Below, piece after piece: positions 24,155 through 37,830 of a DNA stretch of 64,000 nucleotides. Position numbers and translations under genes: made by a program. The first letter of the stretch is position 1. Every line of letters starts with the position of its first letter. The notes below the pieces were generated by a model. That model saw only the letters and a program-made list of their open reading frames with translations. It had not been told where the DNA came from and ran no database searches. The stretch is from positions 62,001-126,000 of the forward strand of contig JYFJ02000044.1 of NCBI GenBank assembly GCA_000934665.2, in the 5' to 3' direction. Source of the DNA: Catajapyx aquilonaris. Taxonomy: Eukaryota.

Positions 24155-25020
24155 GTAGGATTACAACCAGACATTGCTTGTCGTACAGTGCAATTTCAGA
24201 TTAATTATGCATGCTGAATTGTTAGGAAAAAGGTTACAGTGGTGCTAACCTGTGATTTCTATAGTACATTTCCACATATGCAGGAGCGTACTAATTGCAA
24301 TTTGTGTTGATATTCCATTTATGTATTATTGTTCAAAACAGAGCCCTGGGTAAAATTACTCTCGTAATGAAGAGGTGCGCTTAATGTGGCTCTAATATTG
24401 CGCAAAATTAGTCAGTGGTACAGCTCAATACGACGTGGTTATTGCGGATGTAGAATATTTATTTGGAACATTTACTGAGTGGAAGTGCATTTTTATTGGA
24501 GTCAATAAAGTTACTTCCATTTCACTTCTGCTTAGGGGTAACGGACAAAGGAACATTTTTGAAACTGACTTCTCCAAAATTCACGAGTTTGTACAAATTA
24601 TAGTTTTCAACTATAATGAAACTAGAGTTTATAATGAGTCACGGAGACAGGTTTTCAGCTGGATCTAGGGAGTCCAATAGTGCAAACCATGCCTCACTTG
24701 AATCTGTGTCAATACCAGTATCGCAAATCCTTGTTGAATTATTCGTTTTGGTGGACACATGATAGCGAAAGATGGATTAACTGCAGCTCAACTCCCGCGA
24801 CTAGAACAACTACTGATAACCGCATTTTGTGTGGGATTATTAACGATACAATTATCTGCATTTTACATATATGAACTCTGACCTTATTGTGACCAAATAT
24901 AGCAAGAATGTTAAAATGAGATTATTAAGTGTAACTTAATCTTCAAGCAACGCAGCAATATTTATTCGCACGATCAATACTTTATCTGCAAAGATTGTAT
25001 TGCCTTATAACAAGAGCCAC

Positions 25021-25140
25021 TATTCAGCATACTGAATATTTGAAAATGCATCGTAGTAGATCACTAGCCTATAACTATCAAATATTCAGCATTCTGAATA
25101 TTTGAAAATGCACTATAGTAGATCACTAGTCTATAGCTAT
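25021..25140. repeat. Tandem duplication, period 62 bp, two copies, containing a hairpin
   Basis: TATTCAGCAT.CTGAATATTTGAAAATGCA...TAGTAGATCACTAG.CTATA.CTAT occurs at 25021-25078 and 25083-25140. A perfect 12-bp stem TCAAATATTCAG-catt-CTGAATATTTGA lies at 25078-25105. Confidence 0.85.
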
Positions 25141-25739
25141 GAGGCAATTCAATGTAACTTGGCCGAAAATCGACCCGGTGTTTTATTGTACAGTATTTGC
25201 TTACGGGAAATCCCCACATTGAAAGCGAATTAAGGTTGACGAGTTTATTTGTTTAGGAAAAGGTTACCCTTGGGACCTGTTGAAAGAGTATCCTGCAGAG
25301 ACCCATAAGACATTCACCAATCCTTTTTTTTCTCCCTTCCTCTTAAATTCATCAGACTTGCATTAGGTTTGCAGCAGGTTTTGTCTAAGTTCCCGGCAGT
25401 ATCGTCTGTTCAAAGACATTCTATAGATTTGAAATTACTATTTGATGAGAGCGTGTCGGTGTCCGTGCCTTACAGAACGTGGAGATAAGGTATAATATAG
25501 GGATGAGGAACGTCAAGTTCGAGGCAGACGGGACTAAAATAAAGCAATTTCTTTCCGGAATTTATGAAATATTAAGATGGCCCCCTTACTGCAGTGCTTA
25601 AGCTGATTCGCGTGCTTTTTCACGGCGAATATTTGGTAACTCAGCTACTATGTTAAGGGCCGAGCTTTTTTGCCATTAATATTTTCCATCTGTAGTTCCG
25701 GCCCATTGCAAAATTTTCCACTAGATTAGAATGATTCAA

Positions 25740-26050
25740 TTTATTACAACAATGTGCAACGATCCTTGACCTGTATTACTGTATTACTTGAATGTGCCCA
25801 TATTGATCTCCTGGCAACAAAGGCACTTCCTGCTTGACTAAATCCAAGCCACAATGCCATGAGTTCTGCCTCAACAAGCTGTGCATTATTATTGTTGAGC
25901 TCGACCCTGCAATACCAAGTTATAATCTAGAAACGGGCCAAGCACACAAAGGGGCTGTGTTTTATAGCAAAATTATTGAGAGCTCCAAGTGCATTTGTGT
26001 AGGTCCTTCTGGAGTAATATACGTTTCACAGACGTCTCCAGAGAACCCTT
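25740..26050 (-). mobile_element. Decayed RTE-like LINE fragment in the GPCR intron
   Basis: The minus strand reads FSGD (FADD-like) and LLQKDL, then one open frame VEAELMALWLGFSQAGSAFVARRSIWAHSS..VK..TLL* (EIxxRIxxAxxAFxxLxxIW..K..TLLYG). Confidence 0.45.
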
Positions 26051-27504
26051 ACTTAGCCAGCAATTTTCCTTCAATTCTGGGGGGTTGGTACGTAACATGA
26101 CAATATCCTGGCATAAAAATAGGAAGCGAATCGGATGCTGGGAAAAAGGGAAGTGGTCCCAGCATGGTCGTCCTGCTGTATACCCGACGTCACATAATTA
26201 AACGGATTCCTTCTCGAAATGGCCGTTTCGACCCTAACTCTTGCATCCATTTTTTATTTTTAATGGGTCTCAGCGGGAGATATAAAAAGAGTAGCTGGTT
26301 CTACTGGAGAACTTTGAGAGAGGACGGCCTTTTCTTATTTCTGGTGATGGAGATGCCAAGAGCATCGTTACTGCAGGCCTTTATGCAGCGGGTATGTTGC
26401 ATATGTTTGGCTGAATGAGGAATATAAGTGGATTCAGGTCCGTTGCACTCCTGTGGTTTCTAAAAATTGTGATTCAAAACTATTTTTTTGGCACGATTAT
26501 TGCACACATTTTATGAAAAACCGTATTATACGGTACAATATCAAAACAAAAACTAATTAGGACTCTTTTCCTTGAATTTGCAAAATCTTGAGTTGCCCGT
26601 GGGCGTACTTGCATTTGGAGTGACGCATCAACCTTGTTTCTGATTATTTTTACAGCGAGGTACAAGGCCAGGGGCGGTGTTGTAATCAACTTATTAATGA
26701 ACAGCTATTTTGTAATTAATCTGTAGTTTCGGGGTTCATGTACCTTCATTACCCCTTGACATTAAAACGGGGGAGGCAAGATGAAGAGAGTGAAAGTGAA
26801 TACTCAGGATGTTGCTTTCTCACCCCGCGTAAATTGGGCTTCGCTGAGCAACAGTTTAATTTGGGAAATCTATTTGGTTCTATTTTATCTACTTTTAGAC
26901 CAAAGGAAGGCAGCTGGAGAATCTACATTATTCATGCCGGGAGTGTAATTACACCATATTCTGCAGTTTAGAAAACATCTTCCAGTTCAAGCTTGGGCTT
27001 GAATCATTGATTAGACGCGTAAGGTGTGGTCTATTACATTATTTATAGTGGTGAAACTGGGTCTATAGAGGCTTTGCTTGGTAACTAACAATAAGTGCAT
27101 TCTTCTACAGTTTGATATCGTCATAAATTGTTTCGTTGTTTGTACACTAATTTGATTCTGCTGAAAGACTTGCCCTGCTTGCCGCACATAATAAAAACTA
27201 TTTAAAAATTGTCATTAGTGGGGGAGAACCTGATTATAGTTTCAGTGTCGACGCTAGAGAATTACTTTATCCTGCTTACGAGTCATGCTCATAATTTAAT
27301 AAGCGGTTGCGCTGGGGAGAACCTAATTGAAGCGTATAACTTTTTATTATTTCAGGGGGGGAAATGTTTGTGAATATGAAGCCAACAATGTACAGTTTTG
27401 TTGATTATATTAATACACTTGGTGCACAATTTCTCAAACCACAAAATAAGGTTTAATTTCGACATGCCCTGGCGGATCTGATATATTATTATATTGTTTG
27501 CTTT

Positions 27505-27991
27505 CTACAAGTAACGTAACACTGGGGCAACTACAAAGAGTATTTCTACGAAAATAATGCAACTTTCATTAGACAAACACTCTATATGTTTCAGTAGAAA
27601 ACGCAATGCTCTTTGAGAGGGTTTTGTGTGGGAAAATTGGCCAACAAAGCATAACTGCCAGGCGCAGTTGAAAAACAGAGGAGCACAGAAGCCACTTATT
27701 ATTTCCATTAATAAGTTAAAATTTAAGGCTGTTATACCTGACAAAACAGAATTAGACCTGTGCTGACAAGAGTAACGCAACACCAGGGGAACTGTAAGGA
27801 GTATTTCCATGGTAATGAAACTTTCATCAGACAAAACACCCTATATGTTTCAGTATAGGAAAATCAGAGTGCTCTTTGGGTGGGTTTGTGTGGGCGAAAT
27901 TGGCCAACAAAGCATAACTTCCATCTGTTGAAAAACAGAGGAGGATATTAGACACGTATTATTTCCATTAATAAGTTAAAGTTTAAGGCTG
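27505..27991. repeat. Diverged tandem duplication, period about 260 bp, two copies
   Basis: Copy 1 is about 27505-27731 and copy 2 about 27767-27991. Shared blocks include CTATATGTTTCAGTA, AATTGGCCAACAAAGCATAACT, GTTGAAAAACAGAGGAG and TATTATTTCCATTAATAAGTTAAA.TTTAAGGCTG. Confidence 0.9.
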
Positions 27992-30900
27992 GCATCTGGA
28001 AGGACCGGAATGTGAACTGTGCTTGGGACCATTCCCCTGTGACGATCCGGAAGGGCAATGGCAACCAAGCAGACAGGTTTGGTCCATTGGTGCTGTCAAG
28101 AAAGGAAGTCCGATTCCTTTGGGGGAAATGGGCGAGAAAGTCTGTCTGCGTGCTTGGGATGAAAGGGAATTGGACTGCGGTGTTATTTCACAGACAACTA
28201 AATAATAACGAGGGGATCTCCAGCAGATTATTATTTCAGACTGATACTCATAGATTTTTGATTACACTATTCCAAACCCATATACGTGCTTTTTGTACAG
28301 ATTGGACTCTTTATATACTTTTTCCCCCTCACAAAATGAGTCTTATAAGGCCAGAGCAGGTCACGGAGCAAAGCAAAAAGGCTTCTTTTCATAGACGTAG
28401 ATACCTCTTTAAGAATTCATATATAGGTAGAGCAATCAGTCCATGTGGATAATTATACACGTCCCCTTGTTAAAGAGGGGCTTGCAAAAGGACGTCTTCA
28501 TTCCGCAAGCCCGCGGGGCCGGAATGAATTGATCGACTTTTCTGGGATGTCGCAGATGTTCATTCAAGTCTGTCAAGTATGGAGGGGGGCAATAAATAAA
28601 ACCAGTACCCGTGAAGCGTCAATGTGACATTTATTTTGGCTATGAATGGTTATTACTAGCTATCAGCAGTGTGAAGTGATGCGTAAAATTGATTTTAATG
28701 GATCGAGCATTTTTTTTAAATTGAAGTACTAGGTTAATTAGTGAAATCATATGCCGTTCTGCATTCTTGGATTAGGCAATCTACAGCAGTCATGATAATA
28801 ATATTACAGCTTGAAAAGTTCATAAATTATGAAATCCAGTTACAGAAGCTTCTAGCAGCTCCCTGCAGGCTCATAGATCACTCAATTACTTTGCTCACAC
28901 CCTGTACACAACCAACTTGGATTTGTCACCGTTAGGAATCCGTCACCTGCACGCCTCTGCGAGCAAAGATAGATACAAATGGCAGGAATGGCCGAAGTTG
29001 TCAGTGTCAGGACGCCGGACCTTTTAATCTTCAGGCCATTCCCCCCTGGGTGTTAATCAGCTCTCTGTAAATAAAGTCCACCATACGGGTTAATTTTTAA
29101 AAAGACATCTTTCCACATTTGATGAAATTGCACTGCAGAGATGTGCGGGTCCATGTTAGACTCCTGTGGGTGAGGCTGCTGCATCATTCGATTTCCCTTC
29201 AGCAGTTTTAGTGCACAAGTGGCAACTTTTTTTTTTGGGGGGGGGGGGGGNNNNNNGGTGGTGAAATAATTTCCTCTCAGAAAACCTATAGTGTTCTGCA
29301 ATGTGGGGGCTGGCTGCTTGTTGTTTGCGGAGACCCCCCCTTGAAAAGAGGAGGAGGAGGCATTGATCGGTCTTCTTCGTCTGGCCGCAAGAATGAGGCG
29401 GATGCCAGGTGTAATATGCGCTCGGCCATATAATGTGGACCGCGGAGAAATTAATTGCTTGCGTGCTAATTGTTAATCCGATTTACGGCAGATGGCCCCC
29501 TCGCCGGGTAAAGCACGTCTCAAGAATGGTCTGGATGCTGGTGGAGGCGGTGTGGCTTGAGTTATGGGTTCATCCCGGAGTAAGATGGTGTCAAGGAGTG
29601 GATAAGATCATGCCGAGTTGCGCAGTGAATCCGTGTAAATACATCTACCAAACAACCAAACAAACTGTGCCTTTTTATAACATAGAGATTTACATGACTC
29701 AATATTGCAAAATTAAAATGACGCCACGGCTGGTAGGACATCCACCCATGTCACGGTCTGTCACGCTGACACACATCATCGAAAATTACTCGCTGATAGG
29801 CCCCCAGAGAGATATGCGATACGTTGCGACATTTGGCATGACAATCGTGGCGCTTTGTAAATGGATGACGTGTTTCAGGTATTTGAACAACATCAGTGTC
29901 AAAATAGTGTGCCTGTCATTTTAGCGCCAGTATCACTTTTGCCATGATTAATAAGCATGTAAGTGTGCACGTCAAATATCATTGACTTTGATAAACCGTC
30001 ACTGGCTGGTGGACGTCACGCTATCCACGTCACTCTTCAACGGTGTCGCGATTTTTGACTGGAACAATTCAGTTTTATCAATACGTCATACTTGAAGCTT
30101 GCACTGCATTAAGACTAGCTTTCACAGTATCGTTCGTGACAAATGAGGGAAAATTATTATTATTATATGCAAATTTCATATTACAGTAAAATTTTTGAAC
30201 AGTTTCTGCCACTTTGACCATTTTAAATGCGAAATTTTTGCAATTTTCCCACTATCCCTGAGAACAGACACGATTATATTAAACTACTAGTTTCGTTTTT
30301 TTTCCTAAATAATAAACACACACTATTTAAAGAATTAATGTTACTCTCCGAAATCGATTAATTTTCAATTCGATTATCAAAAGTCAGATATTGATCTCTG
30401 AATCCGGTAACTTTGATCATTCTGCAAATCAACTTTTCAACCGTAAACTCTCATCGCCATATTGCCAGTGAAAAACCGCCTATGACATTATCCGGGGGAT
30501 GCTGCTCCACTCCGTATAATTCGGCCAGTCCAAATAGTGTCGGAGCGATAGTTGGGGAGAGCGACTGGTCCATTTGACAAGGCAGCAGCATCAGGCTGGC
30601 GGCATATGATTGGGTATGGAGGTGGCCGAGTCGCATAAATCTAGCGGAGAAAATAATGAGTGTTGAACCGCGCTGCTGGAGTGGATCCGGGGGCAAACCC
30701 TCCGGGAAATACGGGGCGCAAACACGGTTGCACATCACACGCGTGCACACTCATGCGCAGGGCTGTGTACCCATGCAAATTTTCGCAAAAAAGTGGGTGG
30801 GAGTGAAGGGGGGCGGGGGGCAGTGGTTTATTTCCCGCGGTGACCACCGAGTGACGAGTATTGATGTCATTGGGATGGAACCACGCTGACTAATATTTCT

Positions 30901-32267
30901 GCGGCGTGAGCGTTACGATTTTCTAATAGGCTTTCTATAAGTCGATAGAACCACGGAAATGAGTAAGGTAGCAGACTTGAAGCTCAAATTAGCCTCCAAG
31001 ACAGGCGCTCCTCCCATGGAGGCTAATTGGACGGTATTATGCAATAATGTGTCAACCCACAAAATACCCAAAGGATCGTACTTCACAGTTAAAATCTATC
31101 TGGCGAAATCCGCATACTTCTGCTACAAATGACCGAAAAGGACACTCACAGGTGTGACATTCAAAGCCCCTTTTCTCAAAACTGGCCTCGTGTGGGTTGA
31201 TTCATTATTGCACAACGCCGATTGGAGCTTCAGGCTGCCTTACTCATTTTGGCAACAGTTTGTCATACAAAGAAGGCTCATTCCGCCATGTTTTAATCTA
31301 CATAATGGACATGTACTCGTTAAAAAAATTGCTTAATGTTTGAAGGATGACAATTCAAACACTGAGTAAGTGTTGATTCAGTCTCGCTTGTCAAATGTGT
31401 AGTTTTGCCCCAGCAGTGCTGAACATGCCCTCTAAATGAAGTATTATGAGGTGCTATGTACTTTATGAGCGGAACTAGCATAGTTGCGCATCCGAAAGCC
31501 GTTTCTATAATATAATAGCTTTGTCGGTTGCATGCTTTGTGAGCATCACAATTGTTCCGTGTTAGTGGTCGCCTTGTTTGCTCTTGTCTTGTTATCTCAA
31601 CCGTTAATAATTCGGCGGCGAGACGCAAACGTGGAAAACGAAACGGAATCCGCGGTAATTTTTTTTGCCGCACCTAATTCCGCAGTAGTGTCGAGCCAAT
31701 CACGCAAAGCGGAGATTACCGCTCTGTTCAGCAAGTCATCATGAGATCTAAATCGGTGTCTAAATGCAGACGGTACTAATTTTTCGGTTTCGTGAAACTA
31801 CATAAAATGCGGTATAGTTTCTCCTTTTCATGGAAACCCGAGCACGATCGGACCACGTGCAAAAATTGGGCGAATATGAAAAGTTCATTTGTGTGAAATG
31901 ACGCAAAAATAGGGAGGCGACCATTAATTATCCGTTTCATAAAGGGTTGCGGGTGCAAAATTGCTGCGCTGAGAACCTTATAAAATATTGCATATAATGC
32001 AGCAACCGGCAGCGTTGCCCAAACAGATGCTATATTCCCACCGGGATGTTAATTATGCAAACTCCGAACTGACAGTTCCATAGTTTTGAATTCGATAAAA
32101 CAATACTTGGCCGGATACATTTTTTTTTTCCAAAAAACCAGATGGCGCGTTCAAGTACAAATTGATTGATAACACGTAGATATATCTGATAGTAGTTACA
32201 TAAAAATTAAAAATTTACACGATTCGGTAAAATTGCACATTGATCAGATATATGTAACTGAAGAAAT

Positions 32268-32438
32268 ATGTACCGATTCCGGAGGTAGTATTTTGTGATA
32301 AGATGTACTGACTTGAAAATGATACATCACCATGTACCAATTTGGGTGTTAAATAATAATGTCTACAAGTCAGTACTTTTAGAAGGTACTTGTTGATCAC
32401 AAAATACCACCTCCAAGTCGGTACATGAATCGGTACAT
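32268..32438. repeat. Imperfect inverted repeat, probably an old foldback/MITE-like element
   Basis: ATGTACCGATTCCGGAGGTAGTATTTTGTGAT...GTACTGACTTG (32268-32315) pairs with CAAGTCAGTAC...ATCACAAAATACCACCTCCAAGTCGGTACAT (32366-32426). A duplicated GAATCGGTACAT follows. Confidence 0.7.
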
Positions 32439-33549
32439 GATTTACAATGTAAGAATAGAAGAACGCTGGACATTTTAGCGTCTCACATGTGTTTTTCTCG
32501 CCATCTTTGCCACGCCCATCCTTCTGAAGTCGGCTAGACAAAGAACCATTTTCTTTTTGTATGCGTGTTCCGGAGGAAAATGGTGGCCTCCGGAGCCCCT
32601 AGAGTTCCGGAAGACAGGATGGATGGAATGGAGCCGAAGGAAAAAAAGAAACGGCAACCAAACAATTGGAATTCGCCTGCCACATTCCGGGGCAAACATT
32701 GACGAAGGGAATTCTGCACCGTCGCATTCAGATCGATGACATTCTTTTTCTCCTTCTTTCCTCCAAGATGCTCCTAGACTTGTATTTTCGCCAACTATAA
32801 ATTTCTTTTTTTACCAATCTTCCCAAGTTAAATTCCGGGCACCTTATTTCTACAGGACACTTTTTGGTCTTATTTCCGTCCCACTTCAAGCTGGGTGACG
32901 ACGAGCGACATTATCAATACCTTTTCATTTAATCAGATTGCAAAGGTTCACCTTCGGAATTTGCTGCAAGGGTATAGAAAGATCCGTTGGATATTGAACC
33001 CTGGCACACACACTAAAGGATATTATATTTACGCTATTACGGCCGGAGGAAGAAGAAGGAGAAAAAAAAGCGCTTTACGACTTTCGACACAAGAAATGCT
33101 GGGGCCCATATAACTTACTTGACGATGACGGCTTGTCACAAGTGAGTGAAAAGGCATATTGAATTTTTGCGAGTCGGAGAAGAAATGGCATAAAAAAGAC
33201 GCTGGTTGGTTTACGACAAGACGTTAATGAATCGGGGTTAAATAGACACAATTTGAATGGCGTATATACAGCAAGAATGGCTTATCCTAATGTATAAACT
33301 ATTAAGACAACATAACGGTTCACTTTTCCACGCAATATTATTCGGAACAACTTACAATTAAAGGGAATCGTGGTATAGAACAAAATCAATCCTTTCTCTC
33401 GAATGGCTATCAATTCTTGAGAGTAATTTCCTGTCGGAAAGAGTGAAAAATCGAGTGGAAAAATGCTTTCAGAATTGACCCAAAAAGAGCCGTGCTATTT
33501 CAAGTGTAGCAAGATATCCAATTCAAAGACAGCAATTTGCAATAGTAAG

Positions 33550-34060
33550 CAATAACGTCTTTGATGAACATTAGTGGCAAAAAGGGGCCGTATAGCTTTG
33601 TCAGCAAGTGTCGCCCACCTGTCGACTCTCAGCCACTTTGTTGCATACGCCCCGGAAGAATTAATCCAGGAAAGTCCGTATAATAAACAACCTGGCGTTA
33701 TCTCCAGCGTTATTTCCTGTCCCAGAAACCGAGTCATGAATTGACCCGGACGAATAGCGCTCTCTGTAACAAGTACCATCCCATTTTGAGACACATGTTT
33801 GGTCCTTAAGTCGTACAGTTTATTAAATACTGGTTGGGCAGCGGTGAGAAGAGAAGTCTGTATCTGGGGCACGTTTTACGATGCTGTGCACCAGAGTAAA
33901 AGGCCCGCTTAATGAGCACTTAAGGAAAGGCTCGTAAAGAGAGCTGCTCGTCTTTAAGGACCTGATCGTAAAACCGGGAGTTTTCATTGTCCGGTAGCAA
34001 GCGAAAGTTCCTACCTTGGCTTCCCCCCCGGATAATTTGTCTGATGGTCCTAATGTATCC
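33550..34060 (-). mobile_element. Decayed RTE-like LINE fragment in the GPCR intron
   Basis: ORF-track peptides contain GFTIRSLKT (GLxIxxxKT), FTLVHSIV (FTYLGSII), AAQPVFNKL, SAIRP, LLYG..W and KAIRPL in the canonical RTE order. Confidence 0.5.
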
Positions 34061-36129
34061 GGACAAGATGCCACCGACCTTCCGGACGATATTTATTTGA
34101 AGCTGTCTCGTAAATAAGCAATTTGAGTTGTCATGATCATCAGGTAAATGTCGCTCGTAAACACTTCGAAGGCTGGCTATTAATCATCGGTATTTATTTA
34201 ACGAATCTGTTGCGCTCCCTGTGTCGTGCATAGGTCGTATTAACCTTGAACTTGCAAGGTAGGTTCTCACCCATGTTTACCTTAATTAATTCGGGAGTGT
34301 CTCCTCCGCATCGACGAACACGTTCCTGCCAGTAAATAACACTGGTCATTAACTCTCATTAACCGACGGTAATTGGAGTGCGTGCTACTAAAACCTCCGT
34401 CATCGCTCAATAGCTCAGCAGGTCATTTTCAGCCGTGTAATATTCTACGAAACAATAGTCGTTCGTGTTTCCCACGAGAAAACGACAGAATAATATTTTT
34501 TTTTGCACTGTTCACACGACGGTGCCTTTGCGGGTAATAAATCCAGCTTAAATCTTGCTATAAATCTGCTTAACATATTTTTTTTCGATAATTGCAACGT
34601 TACTAATTATGTTTCCGCTAATTAAAGTGAAAGTAAAACCGCCGTTTCGACAAGTGCTTTTCCATTTGATGCGCTCAGCCTGAGCTCTAGCTGGGTTTAT
34701 AATTCGTGTCGATTCCATGAAGTATAACTTTACAGTACTCCCATCAATTAAGCCAACTTTACCTGGGCTTCAAAACTGGTGAAGGTCACCATCCAAGAAG
34801 GCTTAGAATATTCTGAATGGCCCATGCAAATTAGGGGGGAGACACTTGAAGTTTATCGCAGTAAGAGATAACACTTATGGAGTTTAAGAGAGACATTTTT
34901 TTTTCCTTCAAATAATTCGATAGGGTTCTAGCATTCCAGACACGTTTCTCCACCATGTTGAAAGTAATCGGAATGATAATCGAGTCAAAGGGAAAAGGAT
35001 GGCCATTTCCCCTTTGGAAGCCATTGTAAATGGCGGGGCCAACCTCCTACTAATTATACAAGTTGACGCAGTTAAGAAAAGGAATTTTGGGGGGAGCTCT
35101 ATTATATTCCTGCATAACCCGATACGCCCCTCAGCTTTCGGCTCCGGAGATGGAATTATTTTCTGGAATATTTATGCCAGAAGCGGATGGAACTTTCTGA
35201 TTACCGGGACTTCCCCGGGGCAAATATTAGGTCGAATTGGCATGGAGCAAAGTCACGCTTCGCCTGAATGTTCAGGTTGACTTTGAATTAATCAGGACAG
35301 GTATATCCAGCTGAGAAAGTATTGAAATGAAATATCCCATCTCTTATTCTGTGATTCAGGTGTTTTTTTTTGTTAGCATCGCTTTTGCATAATATAATTA
35401 TGGGATCCGCCCAAGTTTGGAATGCGGTAGGGTGTGAGTGACTCGTAATTAGTGGGAGTTAATGACTCCCAAGTTGACATGCTTGGTTTAGAGATCACTG
35501 TCAACCTAATCCCCAAAAAATGATCTAATGTCACCTTTTTAAAAGCCAGCTATTGTGTCAGGCTGCCCCTTAAAATTTAAAAACGTCAAAGTATCTACAC
35601 TGGTAATGAGATTTTTAAGGGAAAATTTCTCCCCGTGAAAATACGATCGAAAAAACACCCCCCGGGGTTGTGCTTGTAGCTCTTGTCATCTGAACCTGCA
35701 ATTCGTCCATCACGCACCTAAATCACTTAACGACACGGAACTCTAGCTGCAGGCTTGTCAGGTTCTATCCGACACTTTTTTTTTCTGTCGCTATCAGGTC
35801 GAAGCTAGCAGAGTGTAGATGACCAGATCAGCTCATATGCCCCAGAGGGACTGACGCTTAAATGTTACGCCCCAGGAGAGCTTCCAGAGTTATCGGAAAA
35901 AAATTTAAGGGTACAACTTTTGCACCGGATTGACTACGTACAGTACATTGTATAGCTTGTTTGAACGTTAGAAAAAAAAGTGTGTACATAGTACCACAAT
36001 CAGGCTCGCTAATTGACTGTGGTTTTCTTGGTCTGATTCAGCGCTTTTCTACATCGCCTGATTATACGTTAACGAGGCTTGCGGCACATACATTATTATT
36101 ACAGCCATTGGACACGTTTCAGACGTGGT

Positions 36130-36290
36130 TAGGAGACCTGCACTATTTCAAATACGGTATTAAATTTGTTTAAAATATTGGAAACAGCACCTAGTTCGAG
36201 CCTGCTCAGGACAAACAAACAAATGGACAAAATATAATACAGGTTGGAGTTTGACATGAATTTTGATGCGACGGAATATTCCTCATATTG
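36130..36290 (-). mobile_element. Short decayed CR1/L2-group LINE fragment
   Basis: FVLSRLELGAV followed at about the expected spacing by FEIVQ (LVRSxLEYxxxxW...LExVQ). Confidence 0.3.
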
Positions 36291-37519
36291 CATTAAAGCC
36301 GATGCCACCACTGCTCAACTTGTTGCTCAGTAAAACTGATACAACGGAGTTCCCTGAAAACTGTGTGACCAGCCTAAAAATGAAAGTTTAACTCTGCAAA
36401 CTTGTGACGCAGGACACGTTTTTTTTGCATTATTTCGCGGTGTAGGTCGCGGATTCTCTGGCCCCCAAAATAGTCCCCTTTTAATTGGCAGCGACATTGA
36501 TATCGACGTCGTGTTCTAATTTCCTATTTGAAGGCCCTGACCTGCACGTCCAGTTGACGTCAAACTTTCTGTGTCGTCGGAAGCAATGTGTGAAAATAAT
36601 GTGGGCGAAAAAATGACGGGACGAAACAACGAACGTGGCTTATGCAACTGACGATTGTTTTTAACGAGGGCAATTTTCGAATGTGTCACAGAGTTTTTTT
36701 TTGGCCATGCCAAAACGCTTGAGTGGGTTTTATGGTGCGTATAAATGTGCAGGAGCAAACTTTTAATTAAAACGACCGCTCATCCGTTGATTAAACGGTT
36801 GCTATGTGTTTCTCTTTTTGTGGGCACGACGTCAGCAGTCTTTCGGATGTGTACATATCGGAAAGGAATGAATTGTGTGTCGCCTTTGATACAGTCGAAC
36901 CATGAAATGAGAGGCTGGATGACAAAAAAAAAGGAAGTTTCGTTTTTCGGCACGGTTGATTTCGTGCCCTGAAAGTTAGATCGGGTCTCATCAGACAAGT
37001 TCAGAACTCGTTATTAGTAACTGCTCGGTTATAGGAATTGAGGACTCGTACTTGTTGTGTCACGTGTTACTCAATATCGATTGGATTTTCAAGCCATGCG
37101 AACTGCTAACTTGATATCTAGGCTATAAGTAATAGAACAGAAAATCAGAAATATGCAGCATTATTCGTCCTTAGCTAGAGTGATGTATAAAACAATAGGC
37201 ATATCAATCAAATAGTAATATTACTCGTGTTACTATTTTATTTCATTTATTTTATGAAAATATGCAATGTGTAGGTCAAATTCGAAATTGATTTCTAACC
37301 TTATTTTTGGGGGTGCATTTTGTTTATTCATTGCAACCAGATGACCATCTCGTTGCAGATGACGGAAGAAAAACAAATGTTACACTTTGCTTCATGTGTA
37401 ACAGAAGGTGGTATAGACGTAATTTGAGTGGGACTTTCAAAATAATGAATGAAGAGAGAGTGAATGTATGCGAGGGAAAGTAATGATGTGTAATTACTTA
37501 CCTTTAGTAGACTTCACCT

Positions 37520-37830
37520 CCGATTGCGTTTGGTTCGTCCAAAATGAGGCGTCTTATGCAATGCAACCAGACTATACCGTGTATATAGTGTATTACATTG
37601 GCGGGCACCTAATTGCTGGAGTTACTTTAGCAACTACGTAGTCACCTTGAGTGTTATTGCTCTTCCAGCATAGCTTGAGGGACTGACCATGCTGCACTTC
37701 CAGCAGACCACCTATCTCATCGCTCATATATATTTAATTTTCGAAAGTGCAGAATGATGTATAAGAACTTTCTGGATGGAGTGTACTTTATCAAGCAAAA
37801 ATTACTCAGATGGACAGCTTCTTGGGATGT
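37520..37830 (+). mobile_element. Possible decayed RTE-like fragment
   Basis: AFG, RVYSV, FQHSLR, KVQNDV and LLRWT remnants occur in order. Weak match. Confidence 0.3.

Noticed and set aside
24155..24204. C-terminal RITTRHCLSYSAISD of ORF 23716..24204
   Set aside because: Read-through past a good splice donor into AT-rich intron; it breaks the TM1 GN motif.
25021..27991. Tandem repeats as a CRISPR-like array
   Set aside because: Only two units each, no unique equal-length spacers, no cas genes, and a eukaryotic context.
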